The notes beneath the pieces are model-generated. The model saw only the letters and a list, made by a program, of their open reading frames with translations. It ran no database searches and was not told the origin of the DNA. The translations under genes were made by a program, and so were the position numbers. Shown here in pieces: positions 1-10,204 of a DNA stretch of 64,000 bases; position 1 is the stretch's first letter, and every line of letters begins with the position of its first letter. Where the stretch lies: positions 1,920,001 to 1,984,000 of the forward strand of contig CBDASK010000003.1 in assembly GCA_965199495.1 (NCBI GenBank), written 5' to 3'. Origin of the DNA: Abditibacterium sp. Lineage in GTDB: Bacteria > Armatimonadota > Abditibacteriia > Abditibacteriales > Abditibacteriaceae.

Positions 1-846
1 GCCAATGACCTTAGCCAGATCAGATAAACGCCTTGATTCTCCCACACGCGTCTTTCCTTCGGAGTTTCGCTCAAAAATCCAGCGCGTCAATTCTTCGAGC
101 CTATTCACGATAAGGCCTGACGTATCCATAGAACGCCCACTCTCCATTCCTAAAAAAGTCGAGATGTTTTTGTAACCCATCGCCGTCGTGAGAAGAGAAA
201 AGTCCAAAGTCTGCTCGTCAATACCGTTGATGTTGAAGTAGTCACGAGCCTCAATCGCCTCATAAACCTGTAAGCCCGTCATCAATCCTGCTACGTAATC
301 AGGGCGACTTCCAATGCTTTTTGCCATGATACGCGCCTGATCTTTTTCTGGCAAATTGCTTGGGAAAGAAGCACGAAGCTGTTTTAAGTAACGAGCCTTA
401 GCAAGAGTCGGCCAAGGTTTGATACCCGTGACGTGACGAAATCCTAAGTTATCGAGAATCTTGGCCCTATTCTCGAATATCATCGCTGGCAACTCTTTAG
501 GCCGCTCTTTGGCGCCTTCGCTTGCTTGAGCAATTTCGTTTTTCCTAAGCGTTGCCAAATGAGGATTGAGCAAGAGCTTGGCTGCAGCCAAACGTCTGTT
601 GCCCTCAATGACAAAGTAACCGCCTTCGGGACGCTTAACGACCATGAGTGGCTCGCCTGGAAAATAACCGTTGGCTGCAATAGAACCTATCAACTCAGTT
701 ACCGTTGCCTTGTCTATCATCCATGTCAAAACTTCTTGCTCATTTTGATTATGAATTGCAGTTGGTAACCGCGGGTTCAACGGGTCGAAGTGCAAATCAT
801 CGACTGCGATTAATGATACGACGTTCTCGTTTTTATTTTTGGTCAT
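1..846 (-). CDS. ParB/Srx-like N-terminal domain protein; 3' end runs off the window
   Basis: Not in the ORF track. Manual translation from ATG at 846 is open to position 1: MTKNKNENVVSLIAVDDLHFDPLNPRLP...GYFPGEPLMVV...YFVIEGNRRLAAAKLL...LGFRHVTGIKPW. DPxNPR and VIEGNRR are ParB-like motifs. Lower GC than neighbours. Confidence 0.75.
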   Translation of the reverse strand, partial: MTKNKNENVVSLIAVDDLHFDPLNPRLPTAIHNQNEQEVLTWMIDKATVTELIGSIAANGYFPGEPLMVVKRPEGGYFVIEGNRRLAAAKLLLNPHLATLRKNEIAQASEGAKERPKELPAMIFENRAKILDNLGFRHVTGIKPWPTLAKARYLKQLRASFPSNLPEKDQARIMAKSIGSRPDYVAGLMTGLQVYEAIEARDYFNINGIDEQTLDFSLLTTAMGYKNISTFLGMESGRSMDTSGLIVNRLEELTRWIFERNSEGKTRVGESRRLSDLAKVIG

Positions 847-978
847 TGTATCCACAAAGCACATTTTATCACCACCAAGAAGTTTGATTAAACCTCACAC
901 AAATTCTGAGCGGCAACTCTCCCAAAACACAAATTAGGCCATCAGATTTACTGGTGTAAAACTTTCAAATTTACAGAG

Positions 979-1008
979 AATCCGCGCGAGAAGTTTCTCG
1001 CGCGGATT
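979..1008 (-). terminator. Probable intrinsic terminator downstream of thiC
   Basis: Hairpin AATCCGCGCGAGAA-GT-TTCTCGCGCGGATT just past the thiC stop. Confidence 0.6.
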
Positions 1009-1022
1009 TTACTCGGAGCCAA

Positions 1023-2435
<1,413 letters not shown>

Positions 2436-2499
2436 TCAGTATAAGACGCCTTGACTGGTAAAATAGAATCAAAGGATTTGAAACGCGAACGGATCGGCC

Positions 2500-2910
2500 T
2501 TATCGCTGCGAATCGCGAAAAGGATGTTGGCGCAAAATCTGTTGATGGCGCTCGGATTCGCGCGCGGCCCAATTGGAATCGAGCATCGCCAACAACTCGA
2601 TTTGTTTTGCAAAAGCAATGCGCCGACCATCTTGCGACTCGATGCGATGCTCTAATTCGTAGGAAAACGCCATGCTAAACGTCACGTCGGCGAAAATCCA
2701 TTCGAGCAGTTGATCGAGAAACGGCGCCCATTTGCGATCCAATTCCTGCCCGCGTTCGACGACCACGTAGAAGTAGAATCGGGAATCTACTCCGATGTGC
2801 GGGCGCGCGAAATCTTCGCTGGTGCCATAAGTCGGCAGCAGGTTTTCGGGCGAATTGATTTTGGCAGCCAAATGGTCAACTTCGACTTTAATTTCGGGCA
2901 AAGTGAGCAT
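2500..2910 (-). CDS. Imm63-like immunity protein
   Basis: 136 aa with LPTYG..EDFARPHI, YVVVERGQE, ELEHRIESQDGRRIAFAKQIELL, resembling the Imm63 family. Confidence 0.65.
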   Translation of the reverse strand: MLTLPEIKVEVDHLAAKINSPENLLPTYGTSEDFARPHIGVDSRFYFYVVVERGQELDRKWAPFLDQLLEWIFADVTFSMAFSYELEHRIESQDGRRIAFAKQIELLAMLDSNWAARESERHQQILRQHPFRDSQR

Positions 2911-2913
2911 GAT

Positions 2914-3876
2914 TTACGGTTTCCAAACCAACGATTTCGCTTCGTCGGGCGTAATCAGCGCGACGTGTCCATCGGCGAAACCAATCGCGGCTTTGCCATC
3001 GTAGCGGAAAACCGGCGTTTCGTTCTGGCCTTCGTAGAATAAAATGGTTTGCGCGGGCTTTTTAATTTCATCCGTTTTGAGGCCGCTGAGATTGCCGTTA
3101 AAGCTATAGATTTCGTTAGTGTTGGGCACCAGAAACAATTCGGGCGCCACAAACACCGTAGAGTTCCTCATGTAAGGGGCGAGAGCTTCCCTGTAATAAG
3201 GCGCGCCAAAAACGTAAGCATCGTCGTAATCCTGTGCGAACGCTGCCGCGCACAAACCTAATTTACGGAGATTCTCCATCGAACGCTCGGCGGGAGTGGC
3301 TTTGATTTTTGGCATCTGCGTTTGCGCGAAACCATAAGCGATGTTGGCCAGCAACACATCGTGTTTGGCGATGAACTCGGAACTGGTCATTTCAGCTGGC
3401 GCGGTTGGCGGCGGCACGATTCTCCAGACGGCGTGGCTTCCCCCAGAAGGGTTAGCTCCGAATTTGAGATCGACAGTTTCTTGATGCACACCGCTCCAAA
3501 ACTTGCGTTGTTCGTCATCGTCAATTTTCGGGGGAATAATTTTATATTCGACAACGGCGCGCGCGTCCGTTTGGCTGCTGCCCTGAACGCGAACGGATTC
3601 GATTTGAATCGCGCTCTCTTGCAAAAGTCGATTTAATTGTTTTGCCCAGTCGAAGGCTCCGAAATAGCCATAACGCGCGCCATAAATGTAGGGATAAACG
3701 GAGAAATAGCCGTCTTCCTGAGTCGCGGCCCGCGTCAACGCGCTCAAATCTTGCTTGATTTGTCCGGCGACATCCGCCGGACGCGCTGCCATTGATTGCG
3801 GCGTGACATCGGTTTGTGCCAGCGCGGGCGCCACGCGTAATGTCGCGGCCAGTGCGGAATAGAGGAAAATTTTCAT
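2914..3876 (-). CDS. Secreted protein with C-terminal H-X9-DG-like module (paralog A)
   Basis: Signal peptide MKIFLYSALAATLRVAPALA; C-terminus RYDGKAAIGFADGHV. Start set at 3876 by homology with paralog B and a -10 box 7 nt upstream. Confidence 0.7.
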   Translation of the reverse strand: MKIFLYSALAATLRVAPALAQTDVTPQSMAARPADVAGQIKQDLSALTRAATQEDGYFSVYPYIYGARYGYFGAFDWAKQLNRLLQESAIQIESVRVQGSSQTDARAVVEYKIIPPKIDDDEQRKFWSGVHQETVDLKFGANPSGGSHAVWRIVPPPTAPAEMTSSEFIAKHDVLLANIAYGFAQTQMPKIKATPAERSMENLRKLGLCAAAFAQDYDDAYVFGAPYYREALAPYMRNSTVFVAPELFLVPNTNEIYSFNGNLSGLKTDEIKKPAQTILFYEGQNETPVFRYDGKAAIGFADGHVALITPDEAKSLVWKP

Positions 3877-3945
3877 TATCCAAATTATAATCGCCAATAA
3901 CAAAAAACGAGAGGCAATCGCCTCACGTTTTCACCAATTCGACGT

Positions 3946-4106
3946 TTAATCGTCGGCTTTTCTGTCAATTCGCGCGTGTCGTAATAACCGCGAAAGAACT
4001 CGATTTTGCCGTCGCCGTTGTGCAACCACGTCGAACCGTGAGGATGAACTTGGTCGTAGAGCGCGCGGCAAATGCAGCCACGGCGGCGTTGGTTCGAGCG
4101 CGTGCA
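3946..4106 (-). pseudogene. Decayed, internally deleted copy of the SnoaL-like gene at 8297-8701
   Basis: AATTCGCGCGTGTCGTAATAACCGCGAAAGAACTCGATTTTGCCGTCG is shared with ~8319-8366; 4055-4106 resembles ~8605-8660. Confidence 0.8.
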
Positions 4107-4121
4107 TCACGCGGCTTTCGC

Positions 4122-4161
4122 GAAAAACCCGCAGTCGAAATTGTTCGACTGCGGGTTTTTC
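4122..4161 (-). terminator. Intrinsic terminator of the M16 protease gene
   Basis: GAAAAACCCGCAGTCGAA-ATTG-TTCGACTGCGGGTTTTTC. Confidence 0.75.
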
Positions 4162-4172
4162 GTTCCCTTTCG

Positions 4173-7088
4173 TTAGCTTTTCTTCTCGGCCTGCGTGCCC
4201 GAAATCACTAATGTGCCCAGCGAAGGATCGAGATATTTCTTGGCCGCTTCGTTGACCTGCGCGGGCGTGACGGCGCGATAATAACCGTTGCGTTTCTGGA
4301 TGTAATCGTTGCCCAAACCGTAAATTTCGCCGACCAACAGTTGACCCGCGACGTTGGAATTTGTGGCCAGCGTCACGGCGTAGGAACCCGTGATATAATC
4401 GACGGCTTTGCTGACTTCATCGGGCGTGAAACCCTGCGTTTGGGCCAGCGTGATCTGGTGACGCGTTTCGGCGATGGCTTTGTCCACGTTCGCCGGATTG
4501 CTACCGAAACCAACTGTGAACGGCCCGGCGCCCATCGAAGCCGCCGTGCCCGCGTAAATGCCGTAAACCAAACCCATTTTGTCGCGGACATTCACCGCCA
4601 GTCGCGACGACAAGCCGCCGCCGCCACCCAAAATCGTGTTCATCACGATAACGCGATAAAAATCGGGATCAGAGCGCTTGAGGTGCGACGGATAACCGTA
4701 AATCACATCGGTCTGCGCCTTGTCGGGCACGTTGATAATTAACGGTTTGGCCAGCGTCGCCGAGGCCGCTTTGCCCGCTTTCATATCTACGTCGGCGATG
4801 TTAATGGCGGGCAAGTTGCCTTTTTTGGGCCAATCGCCGAACGCCTTGGTGATAGCAGCCACGGCGGCTGCGGTGTCAACGTCGCCCACGACCGTCAGCA
4901 CCATTTTGTCGGGCGCGTAGTGATCGGCGTGAAACTTCACCAAATCTTCGCGCTTGAGGTTTTTGATGATGTCGGTCTGCTCGTCCAGCGTCGGCATATG
5001 ATACGGATGACCGACCGGATAAAGCGCGTTCATAAAGGCGATGCGCCCCAGAGTTCCCGTATCCTGACGCTCTTCTGCGAGCGCGGCCAGCGTTTGCTGG
5101 CGCGCCTTTTCCAGTTCGTCGGCGGGAAAGCTGGGGTTGCGCATTTCGTCGGACAAAACGCTCAGCATGGTGCCGAAATCGCGCGACAGCGAGCGCCCGT
5201 TAATCGAAGCGTATTCGTCGCCGCCGCTCACGCCAACACTCGCGCCGACGCCTTCGAGCGTGCGCGCGATGTCCAAAAGCGAGCGCGTCGTGGTGCCGCG
5301 CGACAGTTGCGACGCGGTAAAATCAGCCAGCCCGGATTTGCCAGCCGGGTCGAAAACGCCGCCCGCCGACAGCAACGCGCCGCTCAGGGCGACGGTGGGA
5401 TTGGCGTGATTTTCCTCGACGATGACGGTCAAGCCGTTGGGCAAAACCACGCGCGTCGGCGCGGTTTTCGCTTTTGTTGCTGCGTTTGGCGTCGGCGCTG
5501 TCGGCGCTTTCATCTGCGCGTTGGCGCGCACGAGCGGCTTCAACTGCGCGAGTTGTTTAATCCCAACTGCCGAAGCCGAGGGATTGCGTCCCCAACTCGC
5601 CAGAGACTTCGGCGGCGCGGGCTTCACTGCCGCCGGTGCCATCGGCCCCGCCGCCGTGGCTGCTTGCGCGGCGCCAGCGCCAGTCGTTATCGGATCGAAG
5701 TAGCCGACGGTGCGATTATTGGGCGTCAGATACTTTTTGGCGACGCGCTGCACATCGGCGGGCGTGACTTTACGCAAATTGTCGAGATAGGTTTCGCCAT
5801 ATTTCCAGTTGCCGCGCACGGCGTATTCGCCCAACTGCGCGCCCTGCGACTGCACCGAATCGCGCCCATAAATGTAAGCGGCTTCGGACTGATTCACCAC
5901 GCGCTTCAATTCGTCGGCGGCAATCGGTGTGGTCTGCAACTTCTCGACTTGATCGAGCAGCGCCTTTTCGAGCTTCTCGTTGGAAACGCCAGGTTGCGCC
6001 GTCGCATCGAGCGTCAGCAAATCGGGATCGCGCAAGCCGTAATCGTAGGCGTCCGCCGACGAAGCGAGGCCGGTTTGCACCAGAGCGCCGAAAAAGCGCG
6101 CGGTGCGCCCGCCCGATAGCGTGCCCTCCAAAACATCGAGCGCGTAGCGGTCGGGCGTGTCAAAGGCCGGGATGTGATAGGCGATTTGCACCTGCCCCAC
6201 GGTTCCGGCGCGGCGCACGATGACGCGGCGCTCTCCCTCCTGCGCGGGTTCGGGCGTGATGAAGTGCGGCGCAATCGGCTTGCGCGGCGTCGCGCCGAAA
6301 TACTGCTTTACCATCTTCAGCGCCGCGTTGGTATCGAAGTCGCCGACCATCACGACGACAGCGTTGTTGGGCACGTAATACTTCTGGTAATACGCATACA
6401 TTTCGTCGCGGTTAATGTTCTCGATGTCGGAGCGAAAACCGATGGTCATCCAGCGATAGGGATGCACCTGATAGGCCGCCAATCGCACGGCTTTGGTAAG
6501 CGCGGTGCTGGGATTGTTTTCGCCGCTTTCGTATTCCGAGCGCACGACGGTCATCTCTTTTTGATGTTCGCCCTCGTTAAAGAGCGAGTTCGACATCCGA
6601 TCCGATTCGAGTTTCATCGCCATTTCCAAACGGTCGGAAGCCAGCGTCTCGAAATAGCAGGTGCGGTCGAACGAAGTCGTGGCGTTGAAATCGGCGCCGT
6701 TTTGCTGCAACAGCGCGCTGATTTCGCCCGGTTTGCGCGTCGTCGTGCCCTTGAACATCATGTGTTCGAGCAGGTGGCTCATGCCCGACTGGCCCAACTG
6801 TTCATCCACGGAACCGGCCTTATACCAGACCGAAAAGTAAGCCACGGGCGCGCTATGCACCTCTTTGGTCAAAATCGTCAGGCCGTTGGGGAGCTTGTGC
6901 TCCTCGATTCCGTTGAGCGAACCAACCGACAGGATGCCCGCCATCGGATTCGCCATTGCCTTCGGCAACGGTGCGACTTGCGCGACCGGAACTCCGGGCG
7001 CAGTCGCATTTTGAGCGTAAGTCGGAGCGCCAGCGATGGCCAGAGCAAGCAGCAGAGAAATCGGCGAAAAACGCCCGAAATGTTTCAT
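4173..7088 (-). CDS. Secreted M16 (pitrilysin-family) zinc protease
   Basis: 971 aa; signal peptide; inverted zincin motif HLLEH, NATTSFDRT; second, inactive M16 half after an Ala/Pro linker. Confidence 0.93.
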   Translation of the reverse strand: MKHFGRFSPISLLLALAIAGAPTYAQNATAPGVPVAQVAPLPKAMANPMAGILSVGSLNGIEEHKLPNGLTILTKEVHSAPVAYFSVWYKAGSVDEQLGQSGMSHLLEHMMFKGTTTRKPGEISALLQQNGADFNATTSFDRTCYFETLASDRLEMAMKLESDRMSNSLFNEGEHQKEMTVVRSEYESGENNPSTALTKAVRLAAYQVHPYRWMTIGFRSDIENINRDEMYAYYQKYYVPNNAVVVMVGDFDTNAALKMVKQYFGATPRKPIAPHFITPEPAQEGERRVIVRRAGTVGQVQIAYHIPAFDTPDRYALDVLEGTLSGGRTARFFGALVQTGLASSADAYDYGLRDPDLLTLDATAQPGVSNEKLEKALLDQVEKLQTTPIAADELKRVVNQSEAAYIYGRDSVQSQGAQLGEYAVRGNWKYGETYLDNLRKVTPADVQRVAKKYLTPNNRTVGYFDPITTGAGAAQAATAAGPMAPAAVKPAPPKSLASWGRNPSASAVGIKQLAQLKPLVRANAQMKAPTAPTPNAATKAKTAPTRVVLPNGLTVIVEENHANPTVALSGALLSAGGVFDPAGKSGLADFTASQLSRGTTTRSLLDIARTLEGVGASVGVSGGDEYASINGRSLSRDFGTMLSVLSDEMRNPSFPADELEKARQQTLAALAEERQDTGTLGRIAFMNALYPVGHPYHMPTLDEQTDIIKNLKREDLVKFHADHYAPDKMVLTVVGDVDTAAAVAAITKAFGDWPKKGNLPAINIADVDMKAGKAASATLAKPLIINVPDKAQTDVIYGYPSHLKRSDPDFYRVIVMNTILGGGGGLSSRLAVNVRDKMGLVYGIYAGTAASMGAGPFTVGFGSNPANVDKAIAETRHQITLAQTQGFTPDEVSKAVDYITGSYAVTLATNSNVAGQLLVGEIYGLGNDYIQKRNGYYRAVTPAQVNEAAKKYLDPSLGTLVISGTQAEKKS

Positions 7089-7234
7089 AATTAAGACGAG
7101 AAAGCGCGTCGCAAAAACAGCCGCGCTGGCTCGTGTTGGAGCCTTTAATCCGACGTATTAAAGACTAAACTAACCCCAAAGAATTGTGCCCGCCAACTGG
7201 GTTTCTTCTCAGACGAACGCGGTTTATACTAAAT

Positions 7235-8224
7235 TCACGGTTTCCAAATTAAATTTTTCGCTTCATCAGGCGTAACCAGCGCGACGTGCCCATCGGCGAA
7301 ACAAATCGCGGCTTTGCCATCGTAGCGGAAAATCGGCGTTTCGTTCTGGCCTTCGTATAACATTACGGTTTGTGTCACTTTGTTCGTGTAATCGGCTTTA
7401 GTCGCGCTGAGATTACCGTTGAAGGTGTAAATTTCGTTGGTATCAGGCACTTGAAAAACGAGGGGATCGGAGATGTAAGGTGAGAGGGCTTGCGTAAAAT
7501 AGCGCGGCTCGAACGCGTAAATCTCGTTGTAATCCTGCACCGATTGTAAAACGCACAGTCCCAGCAATCTGAGATTATCTATGGAACGCGCGGCGGGCGT
7601 CCGGGTAGTTTCGAGCGTTTGCTTCTGCGCGAGATGATAAGCCACGTTAGCAAACAGATTATCTTTCGTCTCGGCGTCCGGGAGATTGAAGGCGGGCGGC
7701 GGCGTTTCGGGTGGCACAATTTGCCAGACCTTGCGTATAGGAGCAGAGAGCGTGGAGCCAAGCTTGAAATCTAAAATTTCTTGGCGCGCTCCCTTCCAAA
7801 ATTCGGTTTGTTCTTGGCCGTCGCGCGCTGGTTTGAAAGAGTAGGCGACCGCCGCTTTAACTGCGTCGCCGTCGCGCGCGAGAATCTTTATATCATCAAT
7901 TTGCACGTTATTGGCGTAGAGCAACATTGCCAAATCGCGCTTCCACTCGCTGGAGCCAAAAAAGCCAATGCGAGCGCCAAAGATATAGCTCTCGCCCGCG
8001 AAAACTTCGCTCTGCTTGAGGCGATTCGCCAGTGGTTGACCCCGCCTGAGAGAATCTGCCAGAGCTTGCATATCTTCTTTGATTTGTAGATTCACTTCTG
8101 CCGGACGTAGCTGTTGGCCATTGGCGAGTTGAACCGAAAACATCCGTGCGCCTTCCTGCGGTTGCGCCATCGCAGGCGCAACGCATAATGTCGCGGCCAG
8201 TGCAGAGTAGATGAAAATTTTCAT
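7235..8224 (-). CDS. Secreted protein with C-terminal H-X9-DG-like module (paralog B)
   Basis: MKIFIYSALAATLCVAPAMA...RYDGKAAICFADGHVALVTPDEAKNLIWKP; colinear with paralog A. Confidence 0.7.
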   Translation of the reverse strand: MKIFIYSALAATLCVAPAMAQPQEGARMFSVQLANGQQLRPAEVNLQIKEDMQALADSLRRGQPLANRLKQSEVFAGESYIFGARIGFFGSSEWKRDLAMLLYANNVQIDDIKILARDGDAVKAAVAYSFKPARDGQEQTEFWKGARQEILDFKLGSTLSAPIRKVWQIVPPETPPPAFNLPDAETKDNLFANVAYHLAQKQTLETTRTPAARSIDNLRLLGLCVLQSVQDYNEIYAFEPRYFTQALSPYISDPLVFQVPDTNEIYTFNGNLSATKADYTNKVTQTVMLYEGQNETPIFRYDGKAAICFADGHVALVTPDEAKNLIWKP

Positions 8225-8296
8225 TAGAGAAATTATACTGCCAATCGCAACAAAAAACGCGCGACCAATTGACCGCGCGTTTTTGAAATTCGATAT

Positions 8297-8701
8297 TTAA
8301 TCTTCGCCTTTTACCGTTAATTCGCGCGTGTCGTAATAACCGCGAAAGAACTCGATTTTGCCGTCGGCGCCGAATTGCAACAACGTCGCGCCGTGATAAT
8401 GCACTTCGTCGCCCGCCGGGTTTGTGCCTTCGGTCGTCCAGAATAAGCCCGCCGCGTTGTCGCTGGTCGTGACGTGATGAAACTTGGAAAAAACTTCGCC
8501 CAGCGTTTCTTTGTATTCCGTCCAGAATTTAGTGATTTGGTCGGTGCCTTTCATCTCGGCGTTTTTGCTGTCGAGGGCTGAATTGCTCAGCGTGGCGTCG
8601 TCGGCGTAGAGCGCGACAAGTGCAGCCACGTCGGAGGCGTCGCCCTGTTCGAGCGCGTGTAGCGCGTCAATGAATGTTTGTGCTTGTGTTTTGATGTCCA
8701 T
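8297..8701 (-). CDS. SnoaL/NTF2-like protein
   Basis: 134 aa from MDIKTQ; LVALYADDA, DGKIEFFRGYYDT pattern. Confidence 0.8.
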   Translation of the reverse strand: MDIKTQAQTFIDALHALEQGDASDVAALVALYADDATLSNSALDSKNAEMKGTDQITKFWTEYKETLGEVFSKFHHVTTSDNAAGLFWTTEGTNPAGDEVHYHGATLLQFGADGKIEFFRGYYDTRELTVKGED

Positions 8702-8876
8702 GATTTTGGTTTTGGCTTGGTTTGCGAAATCAATGCCGCGATGTAGAACAAAGAGGGAAATTGGCACTAGAAATCCCCTTTTTATTGCCGCGATACGGAC
8801 TGATAAAAATGACGGGAAAAAGGTAAGTGTCAATTTGTTGCAACTGAAAAATCGTTCTGGAGGAACACGAAAAACT

Positions 8877-9560
8877 ATGGATACATTACGCAACGACAAT
8901 TTGGACAACACGCGGGCCAACACGATTCCCGCCGAGAATGTGGCGGGACTTCACGATAGCGAGGGCGACATGGGCGAAGTCGCCGGAACTGGCGCGGGCG
9001 CGATTTCGGGTGGCGTCGTCGGCGCCGCCGTCGGCGGGCCAATTGGCGCGGTTATCGGCGCGGTCGCGGGCGGCGTTTTGGGCGCCAAGGGCGGCGAAGT
9101 CGCGCACAAAGTCGGCGACGATCACGACGACGTGAACCTTTCGACGGGCAGCGAAGGCGAAGTCGGTCGCGACGTAGGCGCCGGAGCGGGCGCGGTTTCG
9201 GGCGCCGTTATCGGCACGGCGGGCGGCCCGGTCGGCTCGGTTGTGGGCGCCGTGGCTGGTGGAATGCTCGGCGCGGCGGCGGGCGATGCCGCCAAGCATT
9301 TGGGCGAAAACGACATTAACCGCGCAAGTTCGGGCGTTGTCGCCAATCCCGTGGCCACATCGGTTGTTGAACCGGTCGTGGTGCCGACGCATGGTCACAC
9401 TTCGGTTTTGGCCGACGATACGCTCGGCAACGGCGTGCCCGGCGTGCAGACCGGCGGCCACGCCATTGACGGCACGCCCGACACGCGAGGCATCATGGAA
9501 AAAACGGCGGACGCCGTGACCGGCGATCATCTGGATGATAAAACCGGCAAAGTCGTTTAA
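8877..9560 (+). CDS. Glycine-zipper repeat protein
   Basis: 227 aa from MDTLRND after GGAGG; two GAGA(I/V)SG..G...GGP(I/V)G.V(I/V)GAVAGG.LGA repeats; acidic linkers. Confidence 0.7.
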   Translation: MDTLRNDNLDNTRANTIPAENVAGLHDSEGDMGEVAGTGAGAISGGVVGAAVGGPIGAVIGAVAGGVLGAKGGEVAHKVGDDHDDVNLSTGSEGEVGRDVGAGAGAVSGAVIGTAGGPVGSVVGAVAGGMLGAAAGDAAKHLGENDINRASSGVVANPVATSVVEPVVVPTHGHTSVLADDTLGNGVPGVQTGGHAIDGTPDTRGIMEKTADAVTGDHLDDKTGKVV

Positions 9561-9575
9561 TGTCGCGATGGCAAA

Positions 9576-9615
9576 AAACAAAGCCCAATTCTCGCTTGAG
9601 AATTGGGCTTTGTTT
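9576..9615. terminator. Bidirectional terminator-like hairpin
   Basis: AAACAAAGCCCAATTCTC-GCTT-GAGAATTGGGCTTTGTTT between convergent genes. Confidence 0.7.
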
Positions 9616-9616
9616 A

Positions 9617-9799
9617 GTAGGAGTTATGCAGTTGCTTCAAACTGTCATTCTGAGCGCAGTGAGGCACGAACGAAGTCGAAGAATCCATCGGTTGCGCGTT
9701 GACTTCGCTTTTACTTCATCGAGAGTTGTGGATTCTTCGACTTCGTTCGTGCCTCACTGCGCTCAGAATGACAGTTTGAAGCAACTGCATAACTCCTAC
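9617..9799. repeat. Long palindromic MITE/REPIN-like element (GTCATTCTGAGCG...GAAGAATCC family)
   Basis: Perfect 71-bp arms 9617-9687 and 9729-9799, flanked by TTA on both sides; related copy at 51652-51786. Confidence 0.85.
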
Positions 9800-9819
9800 T
9801 TATTTTTGCGCTAACCCCA

Positions 9820-10170
9820 TTAAACCGTCATCGGATGCGTTTGCGCATTCAATTCGGCGGCGGCTTCTGCTGCCGCTTGCGCGTCTTTTTCTTCGATTTG
9901 CAAGGCGCGCCGAAACGCACGACGCAGTTTGTCCGGCGTGACCGGCATTTGCACGCGGTTGGCGCCGTTGAACGTCACGACCGGAATGTGATCGTTGAGC
10001 TTTTCGCGGATGGCCAAATCGCTGTCAATGTCCACTTTCTCGATGTAGAAATCGAAATCTTCGTGCATGGTCTCCAGCAGACGCCCGGCCTCGTTGCACT
10101 TCTCGCAACCGTGGCGGCCATACAGGCGCACATGAAGCGCCGGGGGAGAATCGAAATTAAAATCGCTCAT
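9820..10170 (-). CDS. Glutaredoxin-like (DUF836-type) protein
   Basis: LYGRHGCEKC, VDIDSD, HIPVV. Confidence 0.8.
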   Translation of the reverse strand: MSDFNFDSPPALHVRLYGRHGCEKCNEAGRLLETMHEDFDFYIEKVDIDSDLAIREKLNDHIPVVTFNGANRVQMPVTPDKLRRAFRRALQIEEKDAQAAAEAAAELNAQTHPMTV

Positions 10171-10204
10171 AAGGCTCCAGCAAAGTGAGAAACGTTGGGC
10201 CAAC

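Noticed and set aside
4920..7094. Long antisense ORFs (399 aa and 306 aa) and many similar shadow ORFs across the window
   Set aside because: They mirror well-supported genes on the opposite strand, as expected for GC-rich codon usage
2914..8224. Diversity-generating retroelement TR/VR pair for the two similar C-termini
   Set aside because: Differences are not adenine-specific, both copies are coding, and no reverse transcriptase is present
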